Below, piece by piece: positions 52,141 to 63,108 of a stretch of 64,000 nt of DNA. This DNA comes from Harriotta raleighana. Its lineage: Eukaryota. The stretch covers positions 1,406,039 through 1,470,038 of the forward strand of contig JBNZDD010013595.1 of assembly GCA_050575255.1 (NCBI GenBank). Direction: 5' to 3'. A program made the translations under genes and the position numbers. The first letter of the stretch is position 1. Each line of letters opens with the position of its first letter. The notes below the pieces were generated by a model. It did not search any database. It saw only the letters and a list, made by a program, of their open reading frames with translations, and had not been told where the DNA came from.

Positions 52141-54659
52141 CATGTTTCACTGATATGACTAACCATTGACTAATGATGACCTGCAAACTTGCAAACCACA
52201 AAACATCTTTCTCTCCAAAAAGACGCCTTCACCTTTCTTGTTCGCTCTGTCTTTCTCTGTGCTGGTTTTAAGCTTCCAAAATGGTATAAATGAAGGGATT
52301 CTCAGCCAATGTCTGGTGGTTGTGGGAAAAACCTCATACTCGTTGGAATTTGTTTAGTTGGAACTTCAGGGGGAGAATTGTATAGTCAACCTCAAAGATG
52401 AGTTGTTAAACTGAGATGCTGTCTGTCTGTTCATGTAAGGTAGATGTTAACAATCCCATTTATAAAGAGAGGAATTTTTTCTTGCCCCCCTTCGACCCGA
52501 CAAATAAAAAAATATTCACAGCTGTTTGTGGCAATTTGCTGCATGTATTTTAGCTGCCACATTGTCTTACACGTTATAAAAAATCTATCTACAATCATTA
52601 AATTTTATTTTTAAAATCTCAGTGAAGTGCTTTGAGACATAATAGGGCTTGGTAGCAAGTGCAAGGATTACTAATACAGTATTACTTAAATTGTTCTTGC
52701 CTTGTTAAATTCCTTTGTACTGTATTTTAGGGGGCAAAATGATAGTACTCTTAAACACATTCTGTTCCTTAAATAAAAAATACTATCAAAATGTGTTTTA
52801 AAATAATGAGGCAAAGATTGCAGGATTCATCAACCATTTCTAAACCTACTCTGAAAAATGATTGGTACATTTCTGGATCTGAGTGGTTGTATTTTCTCCA
52901 CCCTGGACCTATTTGGTGCTTTGTTGGCCCCATATTGGTGTCTAAAACTTTTTGTTCCCTTAGTAGTTTCTCAAGATTATTTGCTTCAGCATTCTTAGCC
53001 AAAAAATAACTGGTTTCGGAGGCTTTGAGTCCAGCTCGCCTGATTAGTCAAGGTTAAAACTCTGGAACACTCTTCCCCTATCCTTGCACCTTGCCCCTTC
53101 CTTCTCCATCTTCAGATCGCGCTTGAAGACCTTCCTCTTCGACTGCACATCCGGCTCCTGCCCCCTGTCTCGGTGTTGTGCTTCAATACTATCAAGCTCT
53201 CTGGGGCGCTAACTGTGTGAGGTGCAGTATACACATGTAAATTGCTGTTGTTGCTGTTGTTAATCTTGTAGTTTGGGAGATGGCAAATTTCAGAATCAGT
53301 ACACTTAATGTTCATCCGCAAAATACAGTACACTTTTTTGCTTCAGACTATATCCTGTAAAGTGCGTTGTGACTTCCTGAAAGTTTTAAACACTATAGCA
53401 CCTTTCGCATCGAAAAGATTGTAAGAGGTTCAGATAGAGACAACCAATACAGTGGTGTAATAATCCAAGGTTAATTAAGTGATACAAGTATCTTAACTTT
53501 TACTTAAAACTGAGATTATAGAGACAGTAGAATCAATATTGATTCCACTGGGAAGTGTGCTGGCGCTCTAAAACTCCAGCTATTTCAAAGTTGCATCTTT
53601 CTTTTATGTGCTTCTAAATCCACCTCCCCTTGTAACAGAGAGAGGACCACCCTCGCGGAGAAATAACTGGTATAGAGAAGTTGATATGGACAGCTAATTA
53701 AGAGGATTCCTGTCCTGTTTCTTTGTGTTGAGCTAATCATATGTCCAGGAGTGAGCTTCTCTTCTCTGAGCCTCCCTCTTTTCACACCTCTGCTCAAGGA
53801 CATGATTACTCAATTCTTAGATGGGTGGACGACAATGGGGCCCAAGCACTGAGCGAAGGAAAATCATTAGAACTTGACCTCATCCGAGATCAAGCCAGTA
53901 TATCTTTACATTTGCTTACATTAATTGGCACAAGTACCAGCTCAGGCACCTTAGTTGGTCATTAAAAACACACAGGCTTGTCTATGCCCTAATGCTAAGA
54001 AATGTTATATTAAACAGATTACAGTATAAGTGTTTGGCTATACAGTATTTTAATAGTATTCTAACCAAAAATCTTAAAACTAATAAGCAACGCAAGTATA
54101 ATCTTCCAGGATGTTCCAAAACAAAACACAGGTTACACTGTGACTGTCGTGACCTTGTGTGTTTGTGGATGAACAGTGGGATGCTTGCTCAGTATGTTCT
54201 CTGTTTCAGTAGTGGGTGTGACTTTTCAGGTTCTGCTTTACGGAATATCAATATCATGAATTCATTATTCTGTAAAGTGCAATTCAAAGGCAGCAATACA
54301 AGATTCAAAACCACAATGGTGGCCATTCAAAACGTTTTGCAAAATTCAGCCAAAGAAAATTGATAGGAAAATAACACTTCTTGAATCAATTAATAAGCAT
54401 TTCGCTCCAATTGTTAAGCAAGAGTATCAACCTATATGGAGAAAAGGCGACTAAATGGTGCCGATGTACAGATCAGCAATAAAATGACAGAACTGGCTTG
54501 AGGGCCTGAATAGTCTACTCCTCTTCCGCTGTTCCTATGTCCTTGAAACTAGTCTGTGTCTGTCTGAGTGGGCACTAATTTTAGGCTGTGTTGCACTTGC
54601 ACCTGCAATGCAATTCAATATACTGTAAAGTGATTTGATTGTATATTTGAGGGGAGGCA

Positions 54660-54860
54660 ACAACAATAACAATGCCGTCAATTTATATAGTGCCCTCCAC
54701 GACGGATGGCATCTCAGAGGCTTCACAATAACGGATCCCGGGCCTGAGCCATGGGCAGGGGGAAAAAGGTGACCTAAGGCACGGTCTTCAGCCGAGACCT
54801 CAAACAAAGAAGAGAGGGGGCAAGGCGAAGGGAGTAAAGAAGAGAGTTACAGAGCTTCAG
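54660..54860 (-). mobile_element. L2 3' end
   Basis: Reverse of the tail seen at 51700-51788. Confidence 0.8.
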
Positions 54861-55948
54861 TGCGGAATACCTCAAGAATCCAAAATACAATAAGCCTACA
54901 AAGCTGTCTGTAATTTTTTGCTGTATGTGAAATGATAATTATACACAATGATCAATATTGTAGACTAATCTTTTAAACCTAGTTATATTATTTGTGCATT
55001 CTTTATTGTTTTGTTAGTTCATTCAAGGTCTTTCAGATCAGCTTAATGCAAGCCAGAGGACCGGGCACATTTCTTGCAGTGAGCTAAGCGGTAAATATTC
55101 TCTCCAAGTTCAGTTCACAATTCAGCACATAAATTAAAAGATGGGACAATAGTTCTCAGTTTCTAATGACTGCCAAGTGTGTGAAATGTTTTTGAATTGA
55201 TCCTTCTATTGCAGAGCTAACTCCAAGGCTGGCAAAATCTTATCGTCTATAACTTCACCTTCATTACTAACCCATTGTTTAAGGTCTGCCTCTGTGCAGA
55301 TTCATCAGAGATTACACACAACTAATTTACACTCTGTCTGCCACTGGGGCTGGCAACACTAGCTTTAATCATGGTCGTCTACTACCCTCTGATTATTTCT
55401 TCATCATAGCATAGAATGAACAGCAACAAATATGTGACTTCTTATCAGTGATGCTCTTTGACAATTTTAGCATATCTTAAGCCCAAAGCTCTGTCTGTGT
55501 AAATTAACGTTTTGCCTTAACTTGTTAAGATTTGTATAAAATTCTCATTTCAGTTTTAATTTGGAAGTTGTTTTTCTGCATTTATTAAAACGTACCGGCA
55601 TCTACATTGGGTCTGGCATTTAAACACCATCCTCTGAAAGACATATATCACTTTGAAAGATAAACTGAGAGGATGCTGCCTCCGATTCACTGGCTCCACC
55701 TTGCCCCTTCCACATCTTCAGGTCACATCTGAAGACCTTCTTATTCCACTGTACATATATCCACCTTCCCATGCCACTGTAAAGTGCTCTGGGACACTAC
55801 CCTGAGATCAGCGTAGTATATAAATGTAAGTTGTTATTGTGTCATTTTATCCCAAAATGGATCCAAAGGTTGCCAACGAGGGGTGGGGAAGGGAAAAAGT
55901 ATGGAAAGTTTTTGCTTTTTTACCCCATTTAATCCTATTTTTATCCAT

Positions 55949-56246
55949 GGAATCCTGTAGCTCAGTGGTTGGAGCACTCGCCTCACAAGCATGAGACTTG
56001 GGTTTTTGAGTGATCAGGAAAAACATGGGCAACTTTCCTTACTCCACATGCCTGATAATAAACCAAGAATAAATTGGTCAATTCAATTCACGACTGTTGG
56101 TGGGACACTGCAGTGCGCAATTGGCTGCTGCATTTCACCCACAAATATGCAGTCAATTCACTTTACATTATATTCTATGAAGCGTTTTGAGACATCTAGA
56201 AAACATGAAAAACACTAAATGAAATGCAAGGATAATTATTATTATT
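55949..56246 (+). mobile_element. Full-length tRNA-derived SINE
   Basis: GGAATCCTGTAGCTCAGTGGTTGGAGCACTCGCC head, body and GCAAGGATAATTATTATT tail. Confidence 0.9.
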
Positions 56247-56274
56247 TATCTTATATAACTCAGTAGAGAATTAA

Positions 56275-56585
56275 ATAGAATACATCAAGTGAAGAGGAGA
56301 ACTGAAAAAGCGAATAAGAGAGGCAAAGAGAGCGTATAAGAAAACATTGGCGGGTAACATAAAAACATAAAGGTGTTTTACAAAAATAAAAATATTAAGA
56401 GTAAAATGATGGTCAAAGAAAGAGTGGGGCTTATTAGGGACCATAAATGGAAAGCTTCTTGTGGAGGCAAAAGACATGGCTGAGGTATTGAATGAGTACT
56501 TTGTATCCGTCTTCACAAAAGAAGAGGATGCTGCTTGCGTCACAGTAGAGGTAGAGAAATTGGATAGGATAAAAATACTAGATAG
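56275..56585 (+). mobile_element. CR1 ORF2 fragment (linker region)
   Basis: LKKRIREAKRAY, EAKDMAEVLNEYFVSVFTKE. Confidence 0.88.
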
Positions 56586-58959
56586 AGATGTGGTTTTAAG
56601 CTATTCAGATAATAATGTAACCTACGTGTCTTATTATCTTTTGCCATATATCATCCATGGATGCTTTCTTTACAAAGAGTTGCAACTTATATTTCCATGA
56701 GTATTTTAAGGATTTGTACATATTTTTACAAAGCCGATTCTTTGATTCACCATCCTGTTTATAGCCTTCTGCTACATTTTACCATTGCCTAGCAACAAAA
56801 GAGATCTCACCGGGATCTTTGAATGTGGGTCACTTTTTGGAGTCCTGTTGCGCAAAGCTTCCAGCTCAACACCGCATTATTCAACACGTAGATTCAACAA
56901 ATATCACTGTGGTGTTAACTGCACAGAAAGGTCATTTCTGAAGGCCTATTTGATTTAAAATAATTATGTAACACAGAGTACATGTGTTCTCAGAAATCAC
57001 CAGGAATTATTTTACCTCTAGCCTGAGAATTCTTTAATCTGCACATTCTGATTTTGTAGTCTGCCAGTTTACATATTTTATGAAAGTAACAGATAAATTC
57101 AGAAATGGTCACAGCTAATATGAAGACTGTTGCATCTGCTTTCACATTGTGTTATTTTTGGGGGCTTGAAATTTACAATGAACTTTTCGGATGATATTTA
57201 TAACCTTATGCTAATGTGATTCCCTCACAGGTGTACCTACAAAGCTCTTAGCTTTATTATTTCAAAGCTTTTCTGTGTTCATTTGTTCAGCATTAAAATG
57301 AAATTAATCCAGATAGATCTTTTCTGCACATTACAAAGTACTTTGTAAATACAATAGTACTTGGTACAACTAAGATTCATTGCCCACAATGGTGGCATTT
57401 GGCTTCACGCTAATAAAGCACTAATCTTATTTACAAAAGCTCTCTAAAGAGACAGAACTAGGTCAAATAAAACCTTGTTGTATCAGTTTAGAACTTAAAA
57501 ATTAATATTTAATAGCCATGGGTGTGCATGCAATAGGATAAATTAGCAAATAAAACCTTCAAATGCATGTCATTTATAAGGCAGCAGTAAAACAGAGATT
57601 GAATCAGAACCCTCTTTTGCATTTTACTTTAAGACTCATTGATCTTATAAGCTTAGGCTAGATAACATTTTAAGCATCATATCTCCATTGGCATACCATA
57701 TGATATCCCAAATGTATAATGATTCTAGTCTGCATTATTAGATTAGAATATATTTTTTAAATTATTAATAATTATTTTTATTATATTTTCATTTGGCATA
57801 GCATCTTAGGTGAACACAACAGCCAATTTGTGCACAACAATGTTCCATAAACAACTATGAAATGAATAACCAATTTTATCTTGCTAATGAGAGCAACAAC
57901 AACAACAAAATTACATTTGTATAGCGCATTTCACATTAGGTGGAGATCCCAAGGCGAACAGTGAGGGATCAGGACACAAATGTGGAAGGCAGGGTTGGGA
58001 TGAGGAAGGGCAATGGGGGTAGGATGGTGGCTGATATTTAATTGTCTTCCAAGCTTCTTGCTACTTGTCCAGGCAGGACTGCCAAGCCCAAGTGCTCTTG
58101 AGATGTCAAAAAATAGAACGTGTGCCACTCTGGGGACAGGTTGAGCATTTTCAGACCAACGAAACAGAAAGTTGAAATGGGAGACTCTTTTGCAAGGGTT
58201 GTTTACAATGAGTCAGATGCCCTGGCTGACTGAAAACATTGTGGACAAACACACTAAGCTGAAATTGCACCAGCAAAAAGGCTGGGATCCACAATTGCCA
58301 GGCTCGATATTCATGTCTTATGGTTGTATTGTATGTAAACAGAAGCTGATTCTAAGGACTATTGAGCTGCCTGAGGAGTGAAAATTAATCAGTGACTCAT
58401 TGCTATGTGTAACTGAAAGGCCAATGTGTCAGTTACACAATGATCAAATAAGGCTGAGCTAGCATTGGACATCTATAACTGCCCTCAACCATAAAATACT
58501 TTGCTTAATCAATTCTTTTGTATGTCTTTTTTAAGTATACAGTACTATGTTTTGAGACATAAAGTATTTATAGTAAGCCGAAAGTGTTCATGATGATGGA
58601 GTTGCGTGAGTTTAAGTAAAATGGAGTTATGGTAATTACTGGTATTTTTAACCATAACATTTCATTTACGTTTGCAACACTATCCTTGGAGTGAATTATT
58701 GACTTGGATTTGTAGGTTAATGGCAAAATAATATAGCGTATTATAAAATGAAAAAACACAATTCACATGTAGTTGACAGACCAGCCAGCTTAGTTCATCG
58801 GGAGATCAGTTACTGGGGCAGGGATTTCTTCCCACTGAAGCGCCTGTTAATCTTACAAACCAAATTTCTGATGAATTGGATGGTTCCAACAGAAAAAACA
58901 GCCGGAAGTTTGCCAGGTAGTGTTTAGAATGGCAAGTTGTGCAGTTTTAGCTAGTTAAA

Positions 58960-59298
58960 GGAGTCCTGTGGAGACCTGTAGCTCAGTGGTTAGATTGGAG
59001 CACACACTTTACAAATGAGACTCCTGGGTTCAATTCCATGCAGGGCGAAACCTTAGGCAAGTTTCCTTATTCCACACACCTGATAATAATCCTTCACCAA
59101 AACCTAATCCTTCAAGAAAAATTCCATGACTGTGTGTGGGACACTGGGGTATACAATTGACTGCCACTTTTTGTCCAAAAAATATACAAAAAAAGCTAAT
59201 GTAAATTAGTTTTACAGTACATTCTGTGAAGCGCTTTGATACATCTAGAAAATGTGAAAAGCACTATATGAAATGCAAGGATTGTTATTATCATTATC
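58960..59298 (+). mobile_element. Full-length tRNA-derived SINE with a duplicated 5' decamer
   Basis: GGAGTCCTGT-GGAGACCTGTAGCTCAGTGG, B box GGTTCAATTCC, body and tail. Confidence 0.9.
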
Positions 59299-60022
59299 AT
59301 ATTATAAAATTTACTGTAAAGTGTAATTTCTATGTAACTCTGTGTATACAAACACAGCAGCCGTTTAACACACCAATGTCGGTCGAGACACAGACAGGAA
59401 GTAAGCAACCTATTTTTATTTGGTTTTTTTATGTTTGAAGGATGACACCTTCGATAATTCAGCACCCCCCAGTACTGTATTCAAATGTGGTCCTAGCCTG
59501 TGAGTTCAAGGTCTTGCCAAGGGGCTCTGAGTCAGAAGCCATAATCTTCTTACTTGGAGGCAAGTTGACACCTTACAACAAATAGTTTTTGGGAGGATAT
59601 TTGGCAAAACGTAACCCTGCTGAAAATAATATTAAAAATAATAATTTTTTAAATACTTTTAATATTAATTGTGTTAGCCATGTCATTGAGGTATCTCAAA
59701 GTGTTTCATAAGATTTTATTGTGAAGTGTAGTGACTACACATTTATAGGTGATTAAGCCAGGCAATTTTTGCACAGCAATGTAAAATAATACATATTGGC
59801 TGAAATAATTATTTTTATTGCATTTAAGGCTTTATATTCTGTAGTTATGTAAAATATTCATAAACATTGTAAAGGACAATTATACAAATGAAACGTTTAA
59901 ATTATAAAAATGTTTAAGTCAGAATATTTTTTGTTTTATTGGAACAGTAGGTCTCTGAGTGCATGTCTTTGTGTCGTTCACACAGTACTTTACAATGCAG
60001 GTTTGAGTCCACCTTTTGAGTT

Positions 60023-60259
60023 GCTGAACTGATCCATTGGAAGCAGATGAGTAGAGACAAGGCCATCTCTGGTCTCTCCTCCCTCCCCCATAGAGAGGGA
60101 GGAGAGATCAGAAGATGTTTCACCCTCTGCACATCTCACACACTTGCCTACAACTAGCTCCGGAAACGTCTAGGGTTGTCAGTCTACTCACATTTTCTTT
60201 GTACCCAGAGTTAGTACAAGGTGTGGGGAAAATCAAGAGAAGGGTCAAACTGGAAGAAA
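60023..60259 (+). repeat. Direct repeat copy 1 (237 bp), structured-RNA candidate
   Basis: Aligns without gaps to 61026-61262 with 16 substitutions by manual count; contains an 18-bp hairpin. Confidence 0.95.
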
Positions 60260-61025
60260 ATAATAGAAAAGACTTTGAACAATTTTATAGAACGTGTTTT
60301 TGTAGTTTGCTTGTTTGAGCAGGTTTCCTCCAATCATATTTATGTATTTGTTGTGCACCTGTTTGTGTTAGTCATGTTTGCCAAGCTGCTGTTGCTCAGT
60401 GTATTAATTAGTCTAGGGTTACAATTTCAAATTCATAATGCACCGTGGTTTATTATGTGTGTGTGTTCACAAAATATTCTTGTTGGTTGCCTCATTCAAC
60501 CGCTGCCTGTGGCTCATTTTGTGCAAACAGGTTGACAAATACAAACACGCTGTGGTGGGTTTGGGGGGGCGGAAACGGGGGAAGTAATTAATTTCAAGCT
60601 TTGCAGCAAATTATAATGGGATGAGGCTCGTGTGATCACGTGTAGATGTTGACATCAGCATCCTCTTGTAGCCGCAGCTTTCATGGTACATTCGGCAGTC
60701 AGGTACCACATTAATCCCACAAGCAACAATGCTTGACAAGAAGATAAATTGGAAATCCTGTAGCGAGAAAAGGAAAATGGATAGCTTAATGGTTTACGAC
60801 ATTTCTGCAGACCTTCCAGATCCTTTTTGATTTGGTTTGGTGATGATACAATATTATTGATGTCTGCATGGAAACAAATGGAGGTTCTTTTCAGGCAAGC
60901 AGATAGACACAGAACGATACTCTTCAGTTGCAGATTCAATGTGTGAATTGCAGTTAAATTAAATAAACCTTTACAGCACAGAGTAGGTTATTTGATACAC
61001 CATGTCCGTTGCCCACCTGGTGAGG

Positions 61026-61262
61026 GCTGATCTGATCCATTGGAAGCAGATGAGAAGAGACAAGGCCATCTCTGATCTCTCCTCCTTCCCCCATAGAGAG
61101 GGAGGAGAGATCAGAAGATGTTTCACCCTGTGCACATCTCACACAACTGCCTACAACTAGCTCCGGATAAGTCTAGGGTTGCCAGTCCACTCGCATTTTC
61201 TTTGTATCCAGAGTTAATACAGGGTGTGGGGAAAATCAAGAGAAGGGTCAAAGTGGAAGAAA
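61026..61262 (+). repeat. Direct repeat copy 2 (237 bp), structured-RNA candidate
   Basis: Offset 1003 bp from copy 1. Confidence 0.95.
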
Positions 61263-62549
61263 TTTTCCGCCTCACACTGAAGCTATCTAAAGTAGAAAGC
61301 CGGATATCTGCATGGCCATCAGGTCATCAAGCAAAATACACTGGACATGCAATGGACAGAGCTAACCAAAAATTTCCACAACAAAACTGTATTGTTAATT
61401 TTGTATCACAGTGCCTATTCTCCCTTATCTCTCTCCCCCCTGCTCCCCACCCCACATAACAGCTCATCTCTCGCTCCCCTCTCCAGCATCCCCCGCCTCT
61501 CCTCACCATTCGTGAGAATATACAACACCAGTTCTCTCTCTGTTAAACCTTGTACAGTATACTTATATTGTATTTCTAGACCCCAGCTGCTGGTTAAAAT
61601 ACAGAATATGCTGTACAGAATATTGAAAATGCTGCAACTTCTCAGCAGATACTTTGCTGACACTAGTTTGCATTGAGCCAACACATGGTTATTCAGCACA
61701 TTTAGTTTTTGGTCAGCCAGGTGCCTGACACATAGAGAAATCCATCATCCGTGTTTCATGGTATCCAAATGAGAATTCCATGTATCCCACATTTACAAAG
61801 AAATTCCACAGATTGGTTGTTGGAATGGAAAGTGCACTCTCTCCCTAGAGAGACGTACCCTGCTTACTTAATACCGGAATATATTAGATAGACCCAGGTT
61901 GGCAAAAAGCAAGGCTTGGAGACCACAGAGTGTGTGTTGGAGTTTAACCATCTAACACTACAGTAGAGGATATAGCTTGTCATTGAAAGCACTGTATGGA
62001 AGGCTTACCCATTGCTTGTCCAGCCAGGACCATCTTACCCATTACAGTTAGGGCTTGCAGGGTTAACAGGAGCTTGGTGGGAAAAGACCTTGCCTCCAGT
62101 AACAGGTCTGCTTTCCAAGCCCTGCTGATGAGTCATCCTGGAGTACTGCAGACGACATATGGATATTGGCAGGTCATCTTTTCCCTTAGATGACTTTCCT
62201 TATCTTTTCCCGTTAATATTATTTTTTGCCCAAAGTACACAGTCACAATGTCTCAACAATGTGATAAGGCACTATACCAGCCACTGAAATGNTATGGATA
62301 TTGGCAGGTCATCTTTTCCCTTAGATCACTTTCCTTATCTTTTCCTGTCAATATTATTTTTTGCCCCAAAAATGTCACAATGTCTCAACAATGTGATAAG
62401 GCACTATACCAGCCACTGAAATGTATAGGGAAGGTATCCTGAGTTACAACTGTAAGCTTTCACATGTGATGCATTTCAAATCCCATTGTCTAATAGACTG
62501 AAAGTCTACTCATTCTCTTCATCAAAGCACTGCGTGAAATGAATTTGGN

Positions 62550-62845
62550 ATAGGGAAGGTATCCTGAGTTACAACTGTAAGCTTTCACATGTGATGCATT
62601 TCAAATCCCATTGTCTAATAGAATGAAAGTCTACTCATTCTCTTCATCAAAGCACTGCGTGAAATGAATTTGGATGGCTGGAACTTTGTTCCTCAAAAGG
62701 CATGAACCAATGATATAAGCCCCCTAACCCAGGATAAATTGGCAATCTCACTCAGAGAAGCACCCACAGTGGCAAGTGGAGGAAATGAAAGTATCACATT
62801 TAGCACAAGATGTTATTTTGATGTTAGGATTGAGGTACGTTGAGG
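62550..62845 (+). mobile_element. LF-SINE-like element (5' part artefactually duplicated at 62425-62548)
   Basis: CTTTCAC..TTCAAATCC..ATGAAAGTCT..GTGAAATGAATTTGG..GTTCCT..TGGCAATCTCACTCAGAGA..TTAGGATTGAGGTAC follow the order of LF-SINE motifs (recalled consensus). Confidence 0.6.
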
Positions 62846-63108
62846 CATAGGATTATCTAACCTTCTGGCCGCAGAGGGCCGGATGCCCTATTTGAGAAAT
62901 ATCCTCGGGCTGCATAAGCAATATTTTGTTGTTGTTGTTGTTGTTGTTGTATTCTGGGTTTACCTTCCAGAAATATAACTTACCATTTACGAGTTATGAG
63001 GGAATGGATGGGCCAGATGAAATGGACTGGTGGGGAGGGGTGATTAAGGGATGCATTTGGCTCGCAGGCAGCATTCGTCCCATGGACCACCAGTGAGACC
63101 ACCCACTG
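62846..63108. mobile_element. Degraded hAT (Charlie-like) MITE containing a (TTG)n tract
   Basis: Ends CATAGG..TCT.AC / GTGAGACCACCCACTG; subterminal GGCCGCAGAGGGCCGGAT and GGCTCGCAGGC motifs; partial 8-bp flank match CGTTGAGG / ATCTGAGG. Confidence 0.55.

Larger units (their letters stand above)
59950..62200 (+). ncRNA. Candidate long structured non-coding RNA region (unassigned)
   Basis: No credible ORF and no recognisable TE motifs; many nested 6-18 bp stems, with G-U pairs viable only on +; covariation between repeat copies. Transcription is not shown. Confidence 0.35.

Noticed and set aside
55949-56020. tRNA genes at SINE heads (also 9551, 41652, 58960)
   Set aside because: They run directly into SINE bodies and tails and do not form complete cloverleafs
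60044-60170. CAGATGA ... GAAACGTC as a hammerhead within the direct repeat
   Set aside because: The core has U4 to A, no stem II closure is present, and copy 2 reads GATAAGTC
60197-60221. CAGAGT loop as an iron-responsive element
   Set aside because: It lacks the 5-bp upper stem directly closing the hexaloop and the bulged C
60410-60422. TAACCCTAG on the minus strand as a telomerase RNA template
   Set aside because: Imperfect template, with no recognisable CR4/5 or H/ACA domain, and wobble pairs favour the + strand
60023-61262. Direct repeats as canonical retroviral LTRs
   Set aside because: No clean TG...CA boundaries at the homology limits, and no PBS, PPT or TSD was identified
165-62442. 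ORF-track entries as host genes
   Set aside because: They are short, often start at non-ATG codons, and are either TE-derived or lack recognisable domains; no consistent exon chain was found
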